DNA from: Candidatus Kuenenia stuttgartensis
GTDB taxonomy: Bacteria > Planctomycetota > Brocadiia > Brocadiales > Brocadiaceae
Direction: 5' to 3'
Length of the DNA stretch: 32,000 nucleotides
NCBI RefSeq assembly: GCF_900232105.1
Contig: NZ_LT934425.1
Coordinates: forward strand, 3,750,001-3,782,000
Under the pieces are notes generated by a model. That model saw only the letters and a list, made by a program, of their open reading frames with translations. It did not search any database and had not been told where the DNA came from. Both the position numbers and the translations under genes were made by a program. This document shows, piece by piece, positions 26,523-32,000 of this stretch; position 1 is the first letter of the stretch, and each line of letters begins with the position of its first letter.

Positions 26523-27146
26523 ATGAAGGATCTAAAAAATGAAACAGGTAAAAGTTGTTCTACAGGTAGTACTTTAGTATTTTATATCTCTGAAACATTG
26601 CTGGCAGCAGACTATAGCGGTGAATACTATTCTTGGGATACTATAAAGAAAAATACGTGCCAGGAATATTATGGCGGGGAAGTTGTTTCCGGTGACACCA
26701 TCAATAAATTTGAACAATCAGGCAGTTCGATTACCCACTACATTGCGGATTGGTCGCAGTGGAAGAAGAATTGAAAGTCATTCGACGGCATCTATACTGT
26801 CATCTTGGAAGGTACCGTACAGGGTAACATTATAAAAACAAGCTACCGTATTAGTGGGGGTGGGTCTACTGTGAAACTAACGTGCAAATTTAAAATGAAC
26901 GGAACCTCCTCCGGAAGCGGCTCGGTTAAAATGAAAGTTAGTGGAAACTTAAGCTGTAAATTGCGGGCAAAAATGGAGCTTGAACCTGCGTCAAATAAAT
27001 ATTCCAAAAGCCGTTATGAACTTATTTCAATAGATAACGATTTTTCAAAAGATATTCTTCCAGATGGGTCTCTGCCCGATATCATACTGGAATTAGAAAC
27101 ACTCATGATGAATACCACAGAGGATTCGAATATTAATATGAGATGA
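26523..27146 (+). pseudogene. Decayed or frameshifted hypothetical beta-rich protein
   Basis: ORF 26523-26774 ..SGEYYSWDTIKKNTCQEYYGGEVVSGDTINKFEQSGSSITHYIA* followed in another frame by SFDGIYTVILEGTVQGNIIKTSYRISGGGSTVKLTCKFKMNG. Confidence 0.4.
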
Positions 27147-27206
27147 TATACTGCAAAGACCCACAATAAATGAACCAGAGATTCTCAGCTTAAGTGAAAT
27201 TATTGG

Positions 27207-27392
27207 CGCCACACCTTTCGCCATTCATTCGCCATCCATCTTTTGGAATCAGGTTATGACATTAGTACTATTCAAGAATTGCTGGGACACAAGGATGTTA
27301 AAACTACTATGATTTACACGCATGTGCTGAATTACTGTTCAAAAGGAGTGCGAAGTCCAATTGATGAACCAAAAGCGGGGTCTTTATACTGA
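27207..27392 (+). pseudogene. C-terminal fragment of a tyrosine recombinase, integron-integrase (IntI)-like
   Basis: [61 protein letters not shown]; HxxR..GH..Y catalytic block; upstream frame stops immediately (AAG TGA). Confidence 0.8.
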
Positions 27393-27450
27393 TCAGTCTA
27401 ATTATTGTTGGGCGCCAGAAAATAAACAGCAGGAATAGTCCTGCCTCTAC

Positions 27451-27668
27451 GGGTGCATTCCCGATTTTTTGCAAAAAAACAATAAGTAGGGGTTAACAGT
27501 AACGTAGAGACAGGTTTCAAACCTGTCTTTTACCGCTTGAAAATGACAGAAACAACCCTGACAGGGTTCCAAACCCTGTCAGGGTTAATCAAGCAAGATG
27601 TTTGCGATACAATACCTGTTCGCCAACAGGTAGGTGCGAATATTTGCAAAAAATCAGGAATACACCTG
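27451..27668 (+). repeat. Family E MITE-like element, copy 1
   Basis: GGGTGCATTCCCGATTTTTTGCAAAAA ... TTTGCAAAAAATCAGGAATACACC; internal GACAGGTTTCAAACCTGTC and AACCCTGACAGGGTTCCAAACCCTGTCAGGGTT hairpins. Confidence 0.88.
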
Positions 27669-27700
27669 CCTCCACTTATGAAAACGGGAAGGAGCACATT

Positions 27701-28645
27701 ATGAAAGCATATGTACTGAATGAAGCAGGGGCCGTTGAAAATCTGGTTCTGAGAGAAGTCGAGAAGCCTGAGATCAAGGCAGACGAAGTGTTGGTTGAAA
27801 CGAAAGCAATCAGCATTAACCCGGTAGATGTAAAAGTGAGACGGATGGATGAAACCATAACTACGATTATGGGTACGGAAGATCGTCCGGTCATCCTTGG
27901 CTGGGATATTGCCGGAATCGTTGTTGCGGTCGGCGAAGAGGTCAGCGGATTTGAGGTTGGCGACAAGGTGTTCGGCATGGTTAATTTTCCAGGCCAGGGC
28001 AAAGCCTATGCCGAGTACGTTGCATCACCGGCCTACCACATCGCTGTTATGCCGGAAAAGGTAACATTCGAAGAAGCTGCGGCAACCACACTGGCCGCAC
28101 TGACCGCACTGCAGGTGTTACGGCCTCGTGTCAAAAAGGGTGACCGCATTCTAATCCACGCCGGTTCTGGTGGTGTTGGACATTTCGCAATTCAGATGGC
28201 CAAGGGACTCGACGCATATGTGATTGCCACCTCCTCTGCCAGGAACCGCGATTTCATCATGTCACTCGGCGCAGATGAGCACATTGACTACCGTGAGCAG
28301 AAGTTCGAAGAGGTCCTGTCGAATATAGACTTCGTCCTTGACGGCATTGGTGGTGAGGTCCTTGAGAACTCTCTTAAAGTCGTCAAAGGCGGTGGCAAAA
28401 TCGTCTCCTTGCCCACCCATCAATTCCCGGAAGATATTCAGTTAGAGGCGGACCAACGCAAGATCAAACTGGAGTTCATCCTTGTCCAGTCGAGCGGTGA
28501 AGACATGAATACCCTGAAAGCTATGCTCGAAAACGACGAACTGAAACCTCACGTTTCAAAAATCTTCCCGTTTGAGAATATGGCGGATGCCCATGTACAA
28601 ATTGAATCCGGTCGAACTTTGGGCAAAGTGATTGTTAAGCTATAA
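27701..28645 (+). CDS. NADP-dependent quinone oxidoreductase (zinc-type ADH / MDR superfamily)
   Basis: MKAYVLNEAGAVENLVLREVEKPEIKADEVLVETKAISINPVDVKVR, LIHAGSGGVGHFAIQMAKG; true start 27701, upstream extension is translated Family E repeat. Confidence 0.9.
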   Translation: MKAYVLNEAGAVENLVLREVEKPEIKADEVLVETKAISINPVDVKVRRMDETITTIMGTEDRPVILGWDIAGIVVAVGEEVSGFEVGDKVFGMVNFPGQGKAYAEYVASPAYHIAVMPEKVTFEEAAATTLAALTALQVLRPRVKKGDRILIHAGSGGVGHFAIQMAKGLDAYVIATSSARNRDFIMSLGADEHIDYREQKFEEVLSNIDFVLDGIGGEVLENSLKVVKGGGKIVSLPTHQFPEDIQLEADQRKIKLEFILVQSSGEDMNTLKAMLENDELKPHVSKIFPFENMADAHVQIESGRTLGKVIVKL

Positions 28646-28706
28646 GAAGACTTCGTACAATACCGCGCCGAACAATCTATGTCCCCCGCTGGCGGGGGTG
28701 CAGGGG

Positions 28707-30090
28707 CATAAGCGCTAACTTGTTTTAGGTATGCTCGAAGTATTTTGATATCTGTGTTTTTCGGATTCTTGTATTTTCTGCTAAAGAACAAGCAATGTCA
28801 TTCCAGCACTTAAGAACTTCCTGTAATGATAACGCTGGTTCTATAGCCCGTTTTACTTGATTAAGCATAAAAGCAAATTCACGCCATTTGCTTTTAGTCT
28901 TCTTGCTTGACAATGAAGTATCCCCAGGGGGAAAAAGACGTAGCAAAATCTATTAGTTTTTCTGTCAAAAGAGCAACGAATAGTTTGCCATAAAGCCAAG
29001 CTTTTGAGCTATCATCATCGTATTTAGGTAAGTGTCCAAATTGTGCTATTTGTTTAAATCTTTTAAAGACCAGTTCAATTTGCCATCGAACTCGATACCA
29101 TTCTAAGATATCAAAAGCGGTAAATTGATTTTCAGGAAACGTTGTGAATACTATTACGTACTTGGCATAAATAAGGGTCTCCGGTTTTAGTTCAATGCCC
29201 TTTTTGCTTGCATGTCTTTTAAGTTTTTTATGAGCTATTTTAATGGCTTCTTCTGTTTTGCGTATTATACAAAGACGACCTTTGACATATTCAGTATTAT
29301 CAACGTTTGGAATAAAAACGTTCCATGATTTTATAGCAAGGGGTCTTTTTAAATATTGGATTTCTTTCAATAAAGGAAAGGGTTTCTTTTCTTCGCCGAA
29401 TATCCGTAGAGATTGCGAATTAACTCTAACGCTAAGATAAGCGCCTTTCCTTGTTGCATGATGAATTCCTTGGCCAGTACAGTAACCTCTGTCAGCTATA
29501 ATATAATCATCTTTTTTCATCGGAAACTGCCGAAAAGATTCTCCTGTGCCTTCTCCTTCAGTTCCCGTAAGTTTAAAGAAATCGCAAGATAATGAAGGAA
29601 CCTCAATACTATAATGAATGCGCCAAAGACTTCCTGTTTTCCCAGGTTCCTTTACTGTTGTTGCATCAAATAAGCGAAGATGAAAATTATTCCGTTTATT
29701 AATTTGGAGGCCACGCTCACGGAATAAAGATAAACATAATTTATATAGCCATTCTTTGCTCTTTTTTAATCGCTTTAATAAGGCAACATCGGATAAATCT
29801 GCTAAGTTAGCACGCTTGGCTAGAACTACTGTTTCACGCAATGAATAGCCACATCCTAAATGAATTAATAATGTTCGAAGAAGCTTTTCTTCAGATTTAT
29901 CCTTGCGCAAGCCTTTTAAAGCATTTGTATCAACGGCTAAACTTTTCCAATCGTTTGGGAAGAAAGTTCTTAGAAGATCCCAATCTTCTCTCATCATGGC
30001 TTTATCCTCCTATAGAGTGATTAGCGGGATAATTAACATAAAAATACCATGATGAATAAAATTTGTCAATAAAACAAGTTAGCGCTTGTG
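28707..30090 (-). mobile_element. IS4-family-like insertion sequence, 1384 bp
   Basis: 21-bp TIRs CATAAGCGCTAACTTGTTTTA / rc CACAAGCGCTAACTTGTTTTA (20/21), flanked by 11-bp TSD GGGTGCAGGGG (28696-28706 and 30091-30101). Confidence 0.92.
28725..29997 (-). pseudogene. IS4-family-like transposase, frameshifted near the C-terminus
   Basis: LRLFDATTVKEPG, YIIADRGYCTG, LEWYRVRWQIELVFKRFKQ; continues in a second frame as FPPGDTSLSSKKTKSKWREFAFMLNQVKRAIEPALSLQEVLKCWNDIACS (ORF 28725-28946). Confidence 0.85.
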
Positions 30091-30520
30091 GGGTGCAGGG
30101 GGTGGACTGGATTTCTCCATCGATTCAACTACCCCTTTATTATGAAAACAAATTTGACCCTCTTTCCCACGCTCCGCAGACTGGTCAAATGTACAATTTT
30201 ATCCTGTTTTGTAACATGCATTTCCACGCAGAGCGTAGGACTATGAAAAGAAAAACTTATGACTATTCATGTTATAAACCTCTCAGATTTCCTCCGCAGA
30301 CAATTCCACCCCCTTAATCCCCCGCCAGCGGGGGACAGGCTTGCCACATCCCTTGCGGCTTTCATGCCCTTGTGGGGTCGATCCAGGCAAATGTGCATTC
30401 CAGGTTTTTTGTGACTTCTGCCATGTTTTAATGAAACGTACAGTAGTATTAACCCCTGGCAGCGTTGTTTTGCTCCAATCACACATACGGTCACAAAAAA
30501 TCGGGAATGCGCCTTATTGC

Positions 30521-30720
30521 CGGGTGCATTCCTGATTTTTTGTAAATATTCGCACATGCCTGTTGGTTGACAGATATTGTATAGCAAACATCTTGTTTAA
30601 TTAACCCTGTCAGGGTTGTTTCTGTCATTTTCAAGCGGTAAAAGACAAGTTTGAAACCTGTCTCTACGTTACTGTTAACCCCTACTGATTGTTTTTTTGC
30701 AAAAAATCGGGAATGCTCCC
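30521..30720 (-). repeat. Family E MITE-like element, copy 2 (inverted)
   Basis: Shares GTAACGTAGAGACAGGTTTCAAAC.TGTCTTTTACCGCTTGAAAATGACAGAAACAACCCTGACAGGGTT with copy 1; ends GGGTGCATTCCTGATTTTTTG ... GCAAAAAATCGGGAATGC. Confidence 0.88.
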
Positions 30721-31301
30721 CGCAGAAATACACCCGATGAATCAAATATCTGAATGCGATGATTGTCGGTATCGGCAACTATTATGTTGCCGGCGCTGTC
30801 CGTCGCAACACCACTAGGAAGTCTAAATTCTCCATCAACAAGGCTAAGGAAGCCGAATTTAAACAGAAACTGGTATTCCATATCCCCTCCGCCGTTACTG
30901 GATAGTAACTCATTGGTTTTTGTCTTTGCGGTTATGGAATCAGCCTCAGACGTGTTGCTTTTTCCATAAGGGGTTATTCCTCTACCGCGCCGGTAGTTTG
31001 CCGGTCTTTTCCCTTTGCCTTTTATGCCATTCCTCTCCAACACAGGGTGTTGCGAAGCTGCTTTCAATGCGGTGTGATCCCCTCTTCTTTTCTCCATCAA
31101 TTGATGAAACAATTCCACCATGGCCGGCGGCTCCTCCTGATTGCGGTTATATTCACTGTGATTTTCAGAAAGGCCGTCAGGGATAGCAGCCGATACATAT
31201 TTGCCTGACGTCTCATGCCCGTAGAAAAAACTATCAGATAAAAATACTATCACCAAAAGAACTAACATGGGTATTCCGATAAGCCGTTTGTTTTCCCTCA
31301 T
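30675..31301 (-). pseudogene. NHL-repeat protein, truncated at its 3' end
   Basis: N-terminal signal anchor [23 protein letters not shown]; [49 protein letters not shown] then enters Family E repeat and stops. Confidence 0.75.
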
Positions 31302-31489
31302 TATTACAGCCTCCTTTTTATTAAATCAGCGTGCATCTTTCATTACGTTTTTATTAAAAAAACATTACATAAATCCTGCAAAACACGACAGAGCCGTGTT
31401 GTCTGGTTCAGGGATAACGTAACCAGCGTCAAATGCTTGCTGTTGACTATTACCGCGTGACAGGCAAGCACAGAATTTACTTTTTATAT

Positions 31490-31975
31490 TTACTGCTCAC
31501 CTTTAAAGCTTACGCTGCCATTTGTGTTGAGGGTTGTTTTTACCGGGTCTTTAATCTTTATGCGGAAATTTGTTTTAATATCTCCTTTTATAGTATTTCC
31601 GTTAGAAGTCCCTGTGATTGTCATTTTTTTGATGCTTATCGAGAAATCAGAGTCGTTTAGGCCTATTAAATAAAAATTTTTCATAATCCCATCTATAACT
31701 TCCTGCTTGTCTGTTTTGATTTTGAAAGTATTATTTCCCGTGTCTTCCCACTCACTCTTAATACCCAGGGCTTCTCCTGTAAATTCTCCGCTACGCGAAA
31801 GCGTCCATGTATCCTCTGCTATTTTAATCTTGTCCGCCTTAATGGTTACTTTGTAAACACCCGGCACAACTGCCCCAAATAAAGATGTTTGACACAGAGC
31901 CAAGCATAGTAACGGGATTAACGGTAAAACCCTAAAACAGCTTTTAAAACAACTCCCTCTCTTCTTTAACTTCAT
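31490..31975 (-). CDS. Secreted hypothetical protein
   Basis: Signal peptide LPLIPLLCLALCQTSLFGA; GVYKVTIKADKIKIAEDTWTLSRSGEFTGEALGIKSEWEDTGNNTFKIKTDKQEVIDGIM..MTITGTSNGNTIKGDIKTNFRIKI. Confidence 0.65.
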   Translation of the reverse strand: MKLKKRGSCFKSCFRVLPLIPLLCLALCQTSLFGAVVPGVYKVTIKADKIKIAEDTWTLSRSGEFTGEALGIKSEWEDTGNNTFKIKTDKQEVIDGIMKNFYLIGLNDSDFSISIKKMTITGTSNGNTIKGDIKTNFRIKIKDPVKTTLNTNGSVSFKGEQ

Positions 31976-32000
31976 TCAACTCTCCTTATAAATAAAATAT

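Noticed and set aside
30267-30587. ORF 30267-30587 (minus), similar at one end to ORF 27602 (LYNICQPTGMCEYLQKIRN / RYNTCSPTGRCEYLQKIRN).
   Set aside because: The shared peptide is translated Family E repeat, not a conserved protein.

Overview
This 32 kb window looks like the accessory region of an anammox-type planctomycete chromosome (lineage is inferred from gene content and style, not searched). Part 1, housekeeping and metabolic genes: a putative operon with a CrtISO/phytoene-desaturase-like FAD protein, a B12-binding radical SAM protein, a 42-aa membrane sORF missing from the ORF track, and dihydrolipoyl dehydrogenase; then an alpha/beta hydrolase, HemW-like protein, EF-P, polyprenyl diphosphate synthase, a WbsX/GH99-like protein, a SPASM radical SAM protein, a macro-domain protein, a nitroreductase, a DUF4139 protein, WrbA, an NADP-dependent quinone oxidoreductase, a truncated NHL protein and a secreted hypothetical. 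Part 2, mobile content: a four-level nested insertion (decayed [NiFe]-hydrogenase small subunit > IS encoding a DruA/DUF4338-Tn5-like transposase fusion > group II-type reverse transcriptase element > ~26-nt dispersed repeat that puts an in-frame stop in the RT), an IS1634-type element, an IS1182-type remnant, an IS4-type element with 21-bp TIRs and an 11-bp TSD, several MITE-like families, a ~22-bp tandem/inverted array around a GIY-YIG nuclease remnant, and an integron-integrase-like C-terminal fragment. The most striking unexplained signal is a candidate structured ncRNA (24562-24688, minus). It has an 11-bp closing stem and three internal hairpins. In three of its four stems one position is G.U only on the minus strand, and TATAAT sits at the expected spacing upstream. 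The supplied ORF track labels 4952..6862 as '+', but the listed protein is encoded on the minus strand.
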